A stretch of 64,000 nucleotides of DNA from Parcubacteria group bacterium GW2011_GWA1_56_13. GTDB lineage: Bacteria > Patescibacteriota > Minisyncoccia > Phycocordibacterales > Phycocordibacteraceae. The notes under the pieces were generated by a model. It did not search any database, was not told where the DNA came from, and worked only from the letters and a program-made list of their open reading frames with translations. Shown here in pieces: positions 28,955-39,076 of this stretch (position 1 is its first letter; every line of letters begins with the position of its first letter). Location of the stretch: NCBI GenBank assembly GCA_001004905.1, contig LCRY01000002.1, positions 1,559 to 65,558 of the forward strand. The letters run 5' to 3'. Both the position numbers and the translations under genes were made by a program.

Positions 28955-29934
28955 CGTTGCGCATTCCAAAATCTCCGCCGTCAGTCGATGTAGCATCCTC
29001 CGTATCCGTGGAGGAGATGGAAGCACTGCTTTCTGAATGGTTCGACGGGCAGGTCGTCCTCACGAGTTCCGGCAGGTCCGCGCTCCTCATAACCCTGCAG
29101 GAACTCGGGTTCGACAGATACACGCATCGCGTCGCGGTACCGCAGATGATAAGCAAATGCGTACTCGATGCCGTCACCTGTTGCGCATTCCCGGTCGACG
29201 CCGCCGGGCGGTCTGCCGCCGATGCGACGATTCAATACCCTCAGTACGGATTCATACAGCTCACACGACCATCCGGAGTCGTCGTAGAGGATATCGCACA
29301 CGCATTTTTCTCTGTTCCCCAAAAGGATGCGCCGCGCACCATCGCAACTTTCAGCCTGCCGAAGTTCTTTTCGACCACCACGATGGTTGGCGGCGTCATA
29401 GTGGCCGACCCGTCGCTCGCGCGTCGTTTGCGCGAACGGCGCAAGAGCGCTCCCGTTAAAAGCGCGGAAACGCTTGCAAAGGAGGCCTCAATATTCCGCA
29501 CCTTTTCCGGAGGCGGAAGCGGGGAATTGAGCCTGCTGTATACCGCCAGATTGCTCAACCCGCGTATCGAGAGCGTCGAGCTCGGCGGTCTGCCGACGAA
29601 GCGCTCCGAGATTGAGGAGATTCGGCGTAAGCGTCGGGACATCATGGAGACATTGCTTGTGGCGGCTAGACACCTCGTACCCCGTGGTTGGGGAGATATG
29701 CTTCGCGACCATCTTCCCTATGCTTTCCCGGTATTCGCTTCGGGAGATGTTCTCGAGCGGCTGAATCGCGAACTGCGTGAAGCGGGTATCGAATCCGACC
29801 TCTATCGGATAGATGCCGACCGGGACATGATGCATCCTCGCTATGAACCTATGCTTCTTATCCCGTACTCCCATCTCGTCTCCGAGGAGGTACTGAAGGA
29901 TACGGGGTCCATACTGCGCTCACGGTCTGTATGA
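28951..29934 (+). CDS. Divergent DegT/DnrJ-like PLP-dependent protein
   Basis: SSGRSAL, VEDIAHA, TFSLPKFF...GG. Start ATG 28951 overlaps the upstream stop. Confidence 0.6.
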   Translation: MTLRIPKSPPSVDVASSVSVEEMEALLSEWFDGQVVLTSSGRSALLITLQELGFDRYTHRVAVPQMISKCVLDAVTCCAFPVDAAGRSAADATIQYPQYGFIQLTRPSGVVVEDIAHAFFSVPQKDAPRTIATFSLPKFFSTTTMVGGVIVADPSLARRLRERRKSAPVKSAETLAKEASIFRTFSGGGSGELSLLYTARLLNPRIESVELGGLPTKRSEIEEIRRKRRDIMETLLVAARHLVPRGWGDMLRDHLPYAFPVFASGDVLERLNRELREAGIESDLYRIDADRDMMHPRYEPMLLIPYSHLVSEEVLKDTGSILRSRSV

Positions 29935-30947
29935 AGATACTATCCTGGCAACAGATAAGCGATGAACAGTGGGATGCTTTTTGTGATGCGTCCCCAGAAA
30001 CATGGGGGCGACACCGTAGCATGAGTCGTCACGGCATGCTTGCAGACCCAAATAATTCAGATCACTCATTTGGTATTATGCAAAACGGCGTACTTATGGC
30101 CATTGCGCCACTTATATTGCGGGCTATACCTGACACGCATGAACGGGAATTCGCGTATAGTCGTAACATGGCGACGCCTGCGCCGGCATTAGCACAAGGA
30201 TTGTTTCTCGAAAAGCACGAAGAACTTCTCCAAGAATGTATGAGAGAAACAGACCAACGAGCAATACGTCTTGATGCTGTTCGTGCAAGAATATTCATCG
30301 ATCCACTCACTCGTCCTATGCAAGTGGAAATATCTACACAGAACCCGCTTGCTCAATTCGGCTATACTGACGCGAGCACTATCGCGTATGTAATTGATTT
30401 ATCTAAAAATGAGCAGGAACTACTTGTGCGAATGTCAAAGGGGCATCGTTCTGATATTACATTTGCACAAAAGAAGGACTACACTGTAGAGTTTTTTGAC
30501 TGTACCAATATCACAGAAGACGTGTGGCGCGTATTTATTGATTTGTACCATGCGGCCGCGGGGCGCATTGTTAACTCACCTGAACAGTGGGCAGAGACAT
30601 TTAATCGCCTGTGCGGAGGATTCGCGTCACTTGCTCTTGCGCGAGGGGAAGATGGTGGTCCGTATCTCTCTGGTGTGCTTATAAGTACGTATAAGCGCCG
30701 AGCCTATTACAGTATGGCGGCGACCAATCCACAGTACCGTAGTCTGCGTGGAGTAGGAGCATTTTTACAATGGCATATCATCGGAGAACTCAAGCGTCGA
30801 GGATTCGAATACTATGACATGGGTTGGTATGATGGTACGCAGCGAATAGAAATGAGTAAAAAGGAAATAGACATCATGAACTTTAAGCGTCACTTCGGTG
30901 GCGACCCTGTACCACTTTGGGCGGGGATAAAAGAGTATAAAAGTTGA
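29931..30947 (+). CDS. GNAT / FemAB-like acyltransferase
   Basis: WDAF, IDLS, SKGHRSDI, LQWHII...GFEYYDMG, FKRHFGG. Confidence 0.78.
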   Translation: MKILSWQQISDEQWDAFCDASPETWGRHRSMSRHGMLADPNNSDHSFGIMQNGVLMAIAPLILRAIPDTHEREFAYSRNMATPAPALAQGLFLEKHEELLQECMRETDQRAIRLDAVRARIFIDPLTRPMQVEISTQNPLAQFGYTDASTIAYVIDLSKNEQELLVRMSKGHRSDITFAQKKDYTVEFFDCTNITEDVWRVFIDLYHAAAGRIVNSPEQWAETFNRLCGGFASLALARGEDGGPYLSGVLISTYKRRAYYSMAATNPQYRSLRGVGAFLQWHIIGELKRRGFEYYDMGWYDGTQRIEMSKKEIDIMNFKRHFGGDPVPLWAGIKEYKS

Positions 30948-30972
30948 ATATTACAGTGGAAGCATTTACTAT
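30944..30972 (+). promoter_or_regulatory. Sigma70-type promoter for the acpS module
   Basis: TTGAAT (30944)-17 nt-TACTAT (30967); ATG 7 nt downstream. Confidence 0.6.
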
Positions 30973-30979
30973 GGTATCC

Positions 30980-31330
30980 ATGAATGTGTTAGGCATAGGG
31001 GTAGACGTAACCGATATTAAGAGATTTAGAGACCAAAAGATGCGACGTAACGCGCGATTCATCGTTAATACATTTACCGAAATCGAGAGAGAATACTGTT
31101 ATGCGTATAAGGATTATGCGCCTCATCTCGCGGGTGCCTATGCAGCAAAAGAAGCCGTACGAAAAGTGTACGGTGATACACCGATTCTGTTCTTAGAGAT
31201 TGAAGTTCGCCATCATGCATCGGGCAAACCAGAAATATGGATTAAAGGTAAGCGCTCGAGAACGTTTCTTATTTCAATCTCACATAGTGCAACGGTGGCG
31301 ATTGCTGTAGCATTCAACCAACTATCATGA
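30980..31330 (+). CDS. acpS: Holo-ACP synthase (4'-phosphopantetheinyl transferase)
   Basis: LGIGVDV, FTEIEREYC, AAKEAVRK, SGKP, ISISHS. Confidence 0.9.
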   Translation: MNVLGIGVDVTDIKRFRDQKMRRNARFIVNTFTEIEREYCYAYKDYAPHLAGAYAAKEAVRKVYGDTPILFLEIEVRHHASGKPEIWIKGKRSRTFLISISHSATVAIAVAFNQLS

Positions 31331-32364
31331 AAAAATGTATTGTACTCGATTTAGATAATACGCTCTGGGGGGGAGTCATTGGCGAGGAAGGTTTTGACAA
31401 TATAGAATTATCTCTAAAACCTCCAGGAGCAGGTTTTATGGCGTTCCAGCAGGCATTACTGGATTTATATGACCGTGGCGTCATTCTTGCAATTAACAGC
31501 AGCAACAATCTCGAGGACGCTTTACAGGTCATACGAACACACCCCAATATGATCTTAAAAGAAAGGCATTTTGCGGCACATCGCATCAATTGGCAGGATA
31601 AGGTTGAGAATATGCGAGCGTTAGCCAAGGAGCTCAATATATGTCTTGATTCGATGGTGTTTCTTGACGACAGTCCTCTTAATCGTGAGTCGATGCGAAC
31701 ATTCCTTCCTGAAGTCGAGACGCCAGACTTACCTACGGATACGTCTCAGTATTCGAAGTTTCTCCATGCCCTGCCACATTTTGAGCATAAAACAATCACC
31801 GACGAAGACAAGATGAGAGGGAATTTGTACGTAACCGAGCGATTGCGCAAGGAGACAGAAAAGAAATTTGAAAATCGCGAAGAATTTTTGAAAAGTCTTG
31901 GTATTGAACTTGCGGTTCGCGAGAATGATCAATCAGCGATTTCTCGCGTTACTCAACTTACTGAGAAAACGAACCAGTTCAACATCAAAAAAAGACCATA
32001 TACCGAGGATGAAATAAAAATGTTTATGCAAGATGATACATATGCAATATTTCACGGGCGCGCCATAGACCAATTTGGTGATCAGGGTGTCATCGCATTT
32101 GCTCTCGTACGTAAAGCTCAAGAAATATGGCATATTGAGTCGCTCCTGATGAGTTGTAGAGTAGTCGGTCGTGGCATTGAAGACGCTTTTCTCGCCGCAA
32201 TTGCGAAGCGCGCGAAGGACGAGGGCGCACAGACTCTCGGTATAACGTTCGAGGCGTCAGAAAAGAATGAGCTTGCCCGTGCATTTGTAGAACGTTTGTT
32301 TAAAAACGCGCAGAATGTTCCTGTGATACAATTCCAAACACCGAGCTGGATAACTCTTGCATGA
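31327..32364 (+). CDS. FkbH-like HAD-IIIC phosphatase/glyceryl transferase
   Basis: KCIVLDLDNTLWGG, RINWQDK, FLDDSP, KTNQFN, MSCRV. Confidence 0.92.
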   Translation: MKKCIVLDLDNTLWGGVIGEEGFDNIELSLKPPGAGFMAFQQALLDLYDRGVILAINSSNNLEDALQVIRTHPNMILKERHFAAHRINWQDKVENMRALAKELNICLDSMVFLDDSPLNRESMRTFLPEVETPDLPTDTSQYSKFLHALPHFEHKTITDEDKMRGNLYVTERLRKETEKKFENREEFLKSLGIELAVRENDQSAISRVTQLTEKTNQFNIKKRPYTEDEIKMFMQDDTYAIFHGRAIDQFGDQGVIAFALVRKAQEIWHIESLLMSCRVVGRGIEDAFLAAIAKRAKDEGAQTLGITFEASEKNELARAFVERLFKNAQNVPVIQFQTPSWITLA

Positions 32365-32591
32365 AAGATTTTAACACACTCGTGACAGAGCATTTTAAAA
32401 TTAATTCCGCGAATATTACGGATATGCTTACCGCGCAGGACGTCCCAGAATGGGATTCGATGAATTATCTTCTCTTTATCGCGGACGTTGAAAAGGAGTA
32501 TGATGTCTCGTTCACTATGGATGAAGTACTCGGAGTACAGACTCTGGGAGATATTAAAAAGATACTGCGAGACAAATCGGTCAACGTATGA
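32361..32591 (+). CDS. Acyl carrier protein
   Basis: 76 aa, acidic, EWDSMN phosphopantetheine-attachment Ser. Confidence 0.9.
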   Translation: MKDFNTLVTEHFKINSANITDMLTAQDVPEWDSMNYLLFIADVEKEYDVSFTMDEVLGVQTLGDIKKILRDKSVNV

Positions 32592-33013
32592 TCCAAGCAG
32601 AAGATAGGAAATTTGTCTCTCTTCGGATCGGCGAAATAGCGTCTTTTGAGCGTACGATTCGTGCTGACGATGTGCGCGCTTTTGCCGATCTGAGCGGCGA
32701 TTACAGCCCGCTTCATATGGACGACGACTATGCTCGTTCTACGCAATTCGGCGACAGACTGGTGCACGGCATGTTCCTCGGCAGCTTAGTCTCACGCCTT
32801 GTCGGGATGCATATGCCGGGCAAGCACGCTCTTTTGATGAAAGAATCACTTGAATTCAAGAAGCCGGTTCGTATCGGAGACACCGTAAGGATCGAAGGAG
32901 AGATCATGATCGCGAGTCCGTCCACACATATTATTGAACTCGACATTCGTCTCTATGCGGAGAACATGCTGGTTGCTACCGGAAGGGTACACGTGCAGGT
33001 ACGTGATGAATGA
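32588..33013 (+). CDS. MaoC-family (hot-dog) dehydratase
   Basis: FADLSGDYSPLHMD, VHGM, FKKPVRIGD. Confidence 0.92.
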   Translation: MIQAEDRKFVSLRIGEIASFERTIRADDVRAFADLSGDYSPLHMDDDYARSTQFGDRLVHGMFLGSLVSRLVGMHMPGKHALLMKESLEFKKPVRIGDTVRIEGEIMIASPSTHIIELDIRLYAENMLVATGRVHVQVRDE

Positions 33014-33719
33014 TATGAACGCCGATCCCCTTGCGATCATTTCAGGCGGTACAGGCTATCTCGGTACGACCATCGTTGCGGAGCTTAAAGAGGCTGGCTG
33101 GAGCGTCGTATCACTTTCAAAAAATACGTCCGAATCAAGCGCCGAAGTGTACACCTGTGATGTCACTGATGAAAAGGACGTACAGGCCGTGATCGCAAAA
33201 ATTGTTGCGGCTCACGGTCCGATATCCGCCTGCATCCATGCGGCCTCGCCGTCTTTAGAACGTTTGCCGGTGCTCTCAATTTCTGCAGAATCTTTTGATG
33301 TCACGATGCATACGAATGTGAGGGCGGCGTTTCTCCTGGCGAAAGAGACCGTAAAGCACATGCCGGAAGGTTCCGCATATATTGGTGTAACCACACAAGC
33401 CATAGAGCCAGGCATGCTGCAGCCATCGGGAGCTTATATACCTGCGAAGTATGCACTCAGGGGTTTCTTGCGCGTATTATCGGCGGAGACGAAACAGCTA
33501 GGGATCCGCGTTTTCGCCGTTTCCCCCAGCTTTCTTCCGGGCGGTCTGAACGATGATTTGCCGCAAAATGTTCAGGATTTTCTCGCGAACAAAAGCGGGA
33601 CCGATAAACAATCAACAAGAGAAATCGCGACATTGATAAAGAAACTTTGCCTCCATGAGGGCGGGTTTCTCTCAGGCTCATCGATAGCTTTCCCATCTCT
33701 TGCGAGCAGTCCTCTCTAG
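33006..33719 (+). CDS. Short-chain dehydrogenase/reductase
   Basis: ISGGTGYLG, CDVTD, YIPAK (YxxxK). Confidence 0.85.
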   Translation: MNDMNADPLAIISGGTGYLGTTIVAELKEAGWSVVSLSKNTSESSAEVYTCDVTDEKDVQAVIAKIVAAHGPISACIHAASPSLERLPVLSISAESFDVTMHTNVRAAFLLAKETVKHMPEGSAYIGVTTQAIEPGMLQPSGAYIPAKYALRGFLRVLSAETKQLGIRVFAVSPSFLPGGLNDDLPQNVQDFLANKSGTDKQSTREIATLIKKLCLHEGGFLSGSSIAFPSLASSPL

Positions 33720-33720
33720 T

Positions 33721-34506
33721 ATGGAGCTCTTCAGAACCGACAACGGCGCTTCGGTAAAGGATACAGATGTTCTCGCGGCTTTTAGACAAGTTGGTATAAA
33801 ACAAGGAGACCTTCTGTTTGTGCACTCATCACTCAAGGCGTTCGGCATGCTTGCGCAACCGGATACTCAGGCACTGATGGCGGCACTCGTTACGGCGTTT
33901 ACTGAGATTATTGGAGAGAAAGGGACCCTAATTATGCCGACTTTCACAGACAATTTTCTCAAGGGGAAACCGTACCACACAGACGATCGTTCAACGGTCG
34001 GTGCGCTGACTGAGTTCTATCGAGGGCAACCAGGCGTTTCGCGTACACTCCACCCATTCTTTTCTGTTGCAACACGAGGCCCACGGTCTGCCGAGCTTGC
34101 AGACATAAGTCACGACTCGTTCGACGCGCATTCAATATTTGGCAATGTGCATCGACTGGATGGCCTACTGGTTTTTTTTGGTGCGCGTTTTCAGTCATGT
34201 ACCTTTGTTCATTACGTCGAACAGATCCACGGTGTGCCGTACCGCTTTATGAAGACGTTCGAAGGCGTTATAGTGGACGGTGAGCGCTCGTATCGCGATT
34301 CCTATACGTATTTCGTGCGACCGCTCGACGGCAATGTTGATCCTGAATTTTCAAGGTTAGGCAAACGCCTTTTAGATTCCGGTATGATGCGCGAAGCGCC
34401 GCTCGGGCATGGCAGGGTGTTCGCCGTGCGGGCGCGAGACCTGTTTGACGAAGGCAGTAAGCTGCTCGATGCGGATATATATTCTCTTCTCAAGCAAAAA
34501 CCATGA
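33721..34506 (+). CDS. AAC(3)-family N-acyltransferase
   Basis: LFVHSSL, GTLIMPTFT, GALTEFYR, HPFFS, TFVHYVE...VPYR. Confidence 0.88.
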   Translation: MELFRTDNGASVKDTDVLAAFRQVGIKQGDLLFVHSSLKAFGMLAQPDTQALMAALVTAFTEIIGEKGTLIMPTFTDNFLKGKPYHTDDRSTVGALTEFYRGQPGVSRTLHPFFSVATRGPRSAELADISHDSFDAHSIFGNVHRLDGLLVFFGARFQSCTFVHYVEQIHGVPYRFMKTFEGVIVDGERSYRDSYTYFVRPLDGNVDPEFSRLGKRLLDSGMMREAPLGHGRVFAVRARDLFDEGSKLLDADIYSLLKQKP

Positions 34507-35804
34507 CCCATTCTTCTCAGGAACACTTCACCGATGCCGGAGCGGGTGAGGCAATGCATGCACTCGCGACTGAGCTTTTTCCAATTTGCCGTAGCCTTAC
34601 GGGAGCTGGCGTTCGCGAGACACTACGCATTCTGCAGAAAATTATCCCACTCACGATACATGAAGTACCGAGTGGCACAAAAGTCTTCGATTGGACGATA
34701 CCGAAAGAATGGGTGATTCGCGATGCATACATACTTGACCCAACAGGAAACAAAATAATAGATTTTAAGAAGAGCAATCTACATGTAGTGCACTACTCGG
34801 TGCCGGTCGACACTGACATAACGCTCTCGGAGTTACAAGAACATCTCTACTCACGACCCAATCAACCGGATGCTATTCCATACATCACTTCATTTTACGA
34901 AGAACGCTGGGGCTTTTGTTTGGCACATCGAGAGCGAGAGAAGCTTGCTGAGGGTACTTACCATGTGCATATAGATAGCGACCTCAAGAATGGCTCGCTC
35001 ACGTATGGTGAACTTGTTGTGCCAGGCGAACACAAGGAGGAGATATTTATCTCGACTTATGTTTGTCATCCGTCGCTTGCCAACAATGAACTCTCCGGTC
35101 CTGTCGTCACAACATTTCTCGCGCGATGGATTATGAGTCAGCCGCGACGTTACACCTACCGTATCATTTTTATCCCCGAAACTATCGGTTCTATTATGTA
35201 TTTGTGCCACAATGTTGAAGCAATGAAAAAGCATGTTATTGCTGGATTCAATATGACCTGCGTTGGAGATGAGCGGGCCTATTCGTACCTTCCTTCACGC
35301 CTCGGTGGCACGTTACCAGATCGTGTAGTACATCTTGTGCTCTCGCACAGACATCCTGAATTTATAACGTATTCATTTTTAGATCGTGGTAGTGACGAAC
35401 GCCAATATTGCGCGCCTGGTATTGATTTGCCTGTGGTTTCTGTTATGCGAACCAAATATGGCAGATATCCAGAGTATCACTCTTCTCTCGACAATCTTTC
35501 CCTTATTACTCCAAACGGTCTTGAAGGTACCTATGGTGTGATGAAGGATTGTTTGGAATTGATCGAACGCAATCACCGATACAGTACCACAGTACTTGGT
35601 GAACCACAGATGGGTCGTCGGGGTCTTTATCCGACGCTTGGCAACCAGTATGACTTACACACTCATCGAATGATGGATGTACTTGCATATGCTGACGGGA
35701 AGCACGATCTTGTTGATCTATGCACAGTTCTTGGGATTACACCTTGGGATCTTTATCCAATTATCGAGACGTTACGAGATGCCGGTCTTATAGAGTTGTG
35801 TTAG
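34503..35804 (+). CDS. DUF4910-family M28-aminopeptidase-like protein with C-terminal HTH
   Basis: LFPICRSLTG, VFDWTIPKEW, CHPSLANNELSG, GSDERQYC, YPEYHSS. Confidence 0.88.
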   Translation: MTHSSQEHFTDAGAGEAMHALATELFPICRSLTGAGVRETLRILQKIIPLTIHEVPSGTKVFDWTIPKEWVIRDAYILDPTGNKIIDFKKSNLHVVHYSVPVDTDITLSELQEHLYSRPNQPDAIPYITSFYEERWGFCLAHREREKLAEGTYHVHIDSDLKNGSLTYGELVVPGEHKEEIFISTYVCHPSLANNELSGPVVTTFLARWIMSQPRRYTYRIIFIPETIGSIMYLCHNVEAMKKHVIAGFNMTCVGDERAYSYLPSRLGGTLPDRVVHLVLSHRHPEFITYSFLDRGSDERQYCAPGIDLPVVSVMRTKYGRYPEYHSSLDNLSLITPNGLEGTYGVMKDCLELIERNHRYSTTVLGEPQMGRRGLYPTLGNQYDLHTHRMMDVLAYADGKHDLVDLCTVLGITPWDLYPIIETLRDAGLIELC

Positions 35805-35825
35805 TGGATCTTTCAGTGGCATGCC

Positions 35826-35854
35826 TTGAAATTTGTAGATATATGTATTAGAAT
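35826..35854 (+). promoter_or_regulatory. Sigma70-type promoter upstream of pseB
   Basis: TTGAAA-17 nt-TAGAAT; ATG 9 nt downstream. Confidence 0.65.
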
Positions 35855-35863
35855 GCGAAGATT

Positions 35864-36880
35864 ATGGCAAGTAAAAAGCCGGCTAAGAAACAGGCGTGGA
35901 GCGCTCCAACGAGTTTTCTTAAAAGCAAGACAGTCCTCATAACCGGTGGCACGGGCACCTTCGGCCGCGCGTTTATTCAGCGCCTGTTCAAGGTTCCGGG
36001 GCTGGCAAAACTCATCGTTTTTAGCCGCGACGAACTCAAACAGAGCGAGCTCGCGGCCGACTATCGCGACGAACCGCGATTACGCTTTTTCATCGGCGAT
36101 ATCCGCGACCCGGAGCGACTCAAGCGCGCGTTGGAAGGCGTGGATATCGTAGTGCATGCGGCGGCGCTCAAGCGCGTCGAAGCGATAGAGTACAACCCGT
36201 TCGAGGCGATACAGACCAACGTCGTAGGCAGCAAGAACGTTATCGACGCAGCCATCGACCGGAAGGTCGGCAAAGTACTCCTCGTCTCCTCGGACAAGGC
36301 GGTCGAGCCCATCAATCTCTATGGCGCGACGAAGATGTCTGCGGAAAAACTCTTCGTTGCGGCAAACGTGTATGCCGGAATGGGCACCACGGCACTCAGC
36401 GTTGTGCGGTACGGCAACGTTATCGGCAGTCGAGGTTCGTTCGTAGAGCTCGTCGAGCGGCAGCGCGAAAACGGCAGTATCACGGTCACCGATCGTCACA
36501 TGACGCGGTTTTGGATACGCATCGAGCAGGTTATCGACATCGTCCTTGAGACGCTCGCTCTCATGCAGGGCGGTGAGATTTTCATCCCGAAGATGAAGAA
36601 CATGCCCATTACCGATGTCGTGAAGCTCCTCGCGCCCTCGTGCAAGGTAGAGGTTATCGGCGCGCGTCCCGGCGAGAAGCTGCATGAGACGCTGATGACC
36701 AAGTACGAGGTCAAATACGCGCGCGAATTGCCCCGCTTGTTCGTCATTACACCGCGTGCGGGCGGCGGCCCCGTGTGGCTCAAGCGCTCCCGCATGGTCC
36801 CTGACAACTTCCTCTACACGAGCGACAATAAGAAGTTTCTCCTCTCGCGGAAGGAAGCGGCGGAACTGTTCGCGAAATAG
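35864..36880 (+). CDS. pseB: UDP-N-acetylglucosamine 4,6-dehydratase (inverting)
   Basis: ITGGTGTFG, FSRDELKQ, HAAALK, EYNPFE, DKAVEPINLYGATK, RYGNVIGSRGS, MTRFWI, RPGEKLHE. Confidence 0.9.
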   Translation: MASKKPAKKQAWSAPTSFLKSKTVLITGGTGTFGRAFIQRLFKVPGLAKLIVFSRDELKQSELAADYRDEPRLRFFIGDIRDPERLKRALEGVDIVVHAAALKRVEAIEYNPFEAIQTNVVGSKNVIDAAIDRKVGKVLLVSSDKAVEPINLYGATKMSAEKLFVAANVYAGMGTTALSVVRYGNVIGSRGSFVELVERQRENGSITVTDRHMTRFWIRIEQVIDIVLETLALMQGGEIFIPKMKNMPITDVVKLLAPSCKVEVIGARPGEKLHETLMTKYEVKYARELPRLFVITPRAGGGPVWLKRSRMVPDNFLYTSDNKKFLLSRKEAAELFAK

Positions 36881-36882
36881 CC

Positions 36883-37851
36883 ATGACGCGCTATCGCGTC
36901 GCGGTGATCGGCTGTGGCAAGGTGGGTGCCCTTTACGAGCGCGAGGCGGGTCGCCCGAAACCCGCGAGCCACGCCGGCGCCGCAGTACGTGATCCGCGCA
37001 CGGAGCTCGTCGCGCTCGCCGATACGTCGCCCACGGCGCTCGCGAGAGCGAAGAAGCTGTTCCCACGTGCACGCGCTTATTCTTCGGCATCGGAATGCCT
37101 GCAGACGGAGCGTCCCGACATCGCCGTCATCGCCACACCCGTTTCGGCCCGCCTCTCTCTCGTGCGGCTCTGCCTGCGCTACGGTGTCCGAGCCATCATC
37201 TGCGAGAAGCCGCTCGCATCCTCGGCGGTTGAGGCGGCGAAGATCACCCGCGCGGTCGAACGTTCCGACGCCGCGTTCGTCCTGAACTATCCGCGACGGT
37301 TCGCGCCGCTCTTCTCGCGCGTTCGCCGCGCTATAACTTCGGGTGCGCTCGGCGCGGTACAGCAGGTGACCTGTTACTACAGCAACGGGTTATACAATAA
37401 TGGCGGTCACGCCATCGATTCGCTACTTTACCTGCTCGGAGAGGACATGAAAGTGCGCTGGGCCGCCGTCAATAAAAGAGCGGCGCACCCCCCTGGGGAT
37501 CCGTGCATGGATGCGACACTCGAGACGAAAAAGGGGGCGCGGGTGATGTTGCAGAGTGTGGATCAAAAAGCGTACGGGATATTCGACATCCGCCTATTCG
37601 GCACGAAGGGCGAGCGCTCGTTCATTGACTACGGCACCACTCTCATCGAAGCGGCGCCGCGAAGATCCTTCTTTAAAGAGGTGCGCCAGCTCGACCGGGC
37701 GCGCGCGCGCGTGCACACAAGTCCGGAGGGAAACGTACTCGCGGAAACACTCAAGGCGCTCGCGAAGAAAGAGCGTCCGAACGGTGCGAAGCAGGGATTC
37801 ACGGTCCTGCGGACGCTCGATGCAATACGCCATGCGGCAAAAAAGAAATAA
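36883..37851 (+). CDS. Gfo/Idh/MocA-family oxidoreductase
   Basis: AVIGCGKVG, IATP, CEKPLA, NYPRRF, GGHAID. Confidence 0.88.
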   Translation: MTRYRVAVIGCGKVGALYEREAGRPKPASHAGAAVRDPRTELVALADTSPTALARAKKLFPRARAYSSASECLQTERPDIAVIATPVSARLSLVRLCLRYGVRAIICEKPLASSAVEAAKITRAVERSDAAFVLNYPRRFAPLFSRVRRAITSGALGAVQQVTCYYSNGLYNNGGHAIDSLLYLLGEDMKVRWAAVNKRAAHPPGDPCMDATLETKKGARVMLQSVDQKAYGIFDIRLFGTKGERSFIDYGTTLIEAAPRRSFFKEVRQLDRARARVHTSPEGNVLAETLKALAKKERPNGAKQGFTVLRTLDAIRHAAKKK

Positions 37852-39076
37852 CAACATAACCTTTCCACCCGTGTACCACATAGACCGTCGCGAGATAGCG
37901 GCGGTGACCGCCGTCATGAAAAAAGGCCCGTTGTCGGGGTTCGTTGGGGAGCCCGGTCCGGAATTTTTCGGTGGCTGTGCCGTGCGGCGGTTCGAGCGGG
38001 CATTCGCGCGGAAATTCGGAGTGAAGCACGCGACCTCCTTCAATTCAGCGACGACGGCGCTTCATGGCGCGATAGTGGCGCTCGGTATCGGTCCGGGAGA
38101 CGAGGTCATCGTCCCGCCGTACACGATGTCGGCGAGCGCGACTTGCGTGCTGATGAACGGCGCGGTGCCGATCTTCGCCGATATCGAGCCGGACACCTTC
38201 TGTATCGACCCGAGAGACGTCGCACGCAAGATAACCAGGCGGACCAAGGCGGTCATGATGGTGAATCTGTTCGGGCGGACGGGCGACATGAAGGCGCTCC
38301 TCTCGCTTGCGCGCAGACACCGGCTCGCGATTATCGAGGATAACGCGCAGTCAGCGGGTGCCCGCTTCCATGGCCGCTATACGGGAACGATCGGCGATAT
38401 TGGCGTTTTCAGCTTCAATGTTCATAAGCAGATACAATCCGGCGAGGGTGGGGTACTCGTTACTAACAACCGGAAGTTCGCGGACCGCGCACTGCTTGCA
38501 CGCAACCATGGCGAGAACCTCTCCGGCGAGTACTCCGGCGCCGGTCCCATCTTCGGCACGAACTACCGCATGACGGAGGTGACAGCCGCCATCGCCGAAG
38601 TGCAGCTCGAAAAGCTCGACTTTCTGAACCGGAAGCGCGTCGCACTCGCGCGTCGCCTCTCGAAGCGGCTCGCCGGCACCCCGGGGCTTACTCTGCCGCG
38701 CCCGCCCGAGGGCGGAAGCCACGTGTATTACGCTTATCCGCTGCGTTTCGATGAGAAGGCGGCCGGCCTCTCGCGGGCGGAATTCGTCAGGAAACTGCAA
38801 AAGCGCGGCTTCCCGATCGGCGCGGGATATGTAGAGCCGCTGTATCTCCTTCCTCTTTTCCAGAAGAAGCAGGCATTCAATGGGACGCACTTTCCCTTTG
38901 ACTACAACGGCAGGGCGGAGCCCGATTACCGCAAAGGCCTGTGCCCAGTGACCGAGCGCATGCATTACCGGGAATTCGTGGGGACCGACGTCTGCCAGCA
39001 TCCCTACACCGCGGCGCACATCGACGCCTTCGCCGTCGCGGTGAAGGAAGTTCTCGCGCAAGCGAAGAAGCGATGA
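37832..39076 (+). CDS. DegT/DnrJ/EryC1/StrS aminotransferase
   Basis: NSATTALH, IEDNAQS, FSFNVHKQIQSGEGG, NYRMTE. Confidence 0.92.
   Translation: MRQKRNNNITFPPVYHIDRREIAAVTAVMKKGPLSGFVGEPGPEFFGGCAVRRFERAFARKFGVKHATSFNSATTALHGAIVALGIGPGDEVIVPPYTMSASATCVLMNGAVPIFADIEPDTFCIDPRDVARKITRRTKAVMMVNLFGRTGDMKALLSLARRHRLAIIEDNAQSAGARFHGRYTGTIGDIGVFSFNVHKQIQSGEGGVLVTNNRKFADRALLARNHGENLSGEYSGAGPIFGTNYRMTEVTAAIAEVQLEKLDFLNRKRVALARRLSKRLAGTPGLTLPRPPEGGSHVYYAYPLRFDEKAAGLSRAEFVRKLQKRGFPIGAGYVEPLYLLPLFQKKQAFNGTHFPFDYNGRAEPDYRKGLCPVTERMHYREFVGTDVCQHPYTAAHIDAFAVAVKEVLAQAKKR

Noticed and set aside
30980-33719. Polyketide or fatty-acid biosynthetic cluster
   Set aside because: No ketosynthase, FabD or FabH in the window.
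16631-34179. Phase-variable homopolymers (G7 at 16631 and 31367, T8 at 34172)
   Set aside because: Tracts are short, in frame and explained by GG, WGG or VFF codons.
33721-34506. Aminoglycoside-resistance gene
   Set aside because: AAC(3) fold, but embedded with ACP, FkbH and DUF4910 in a glycan locus. Sugar N-acylation is more parsimonious.
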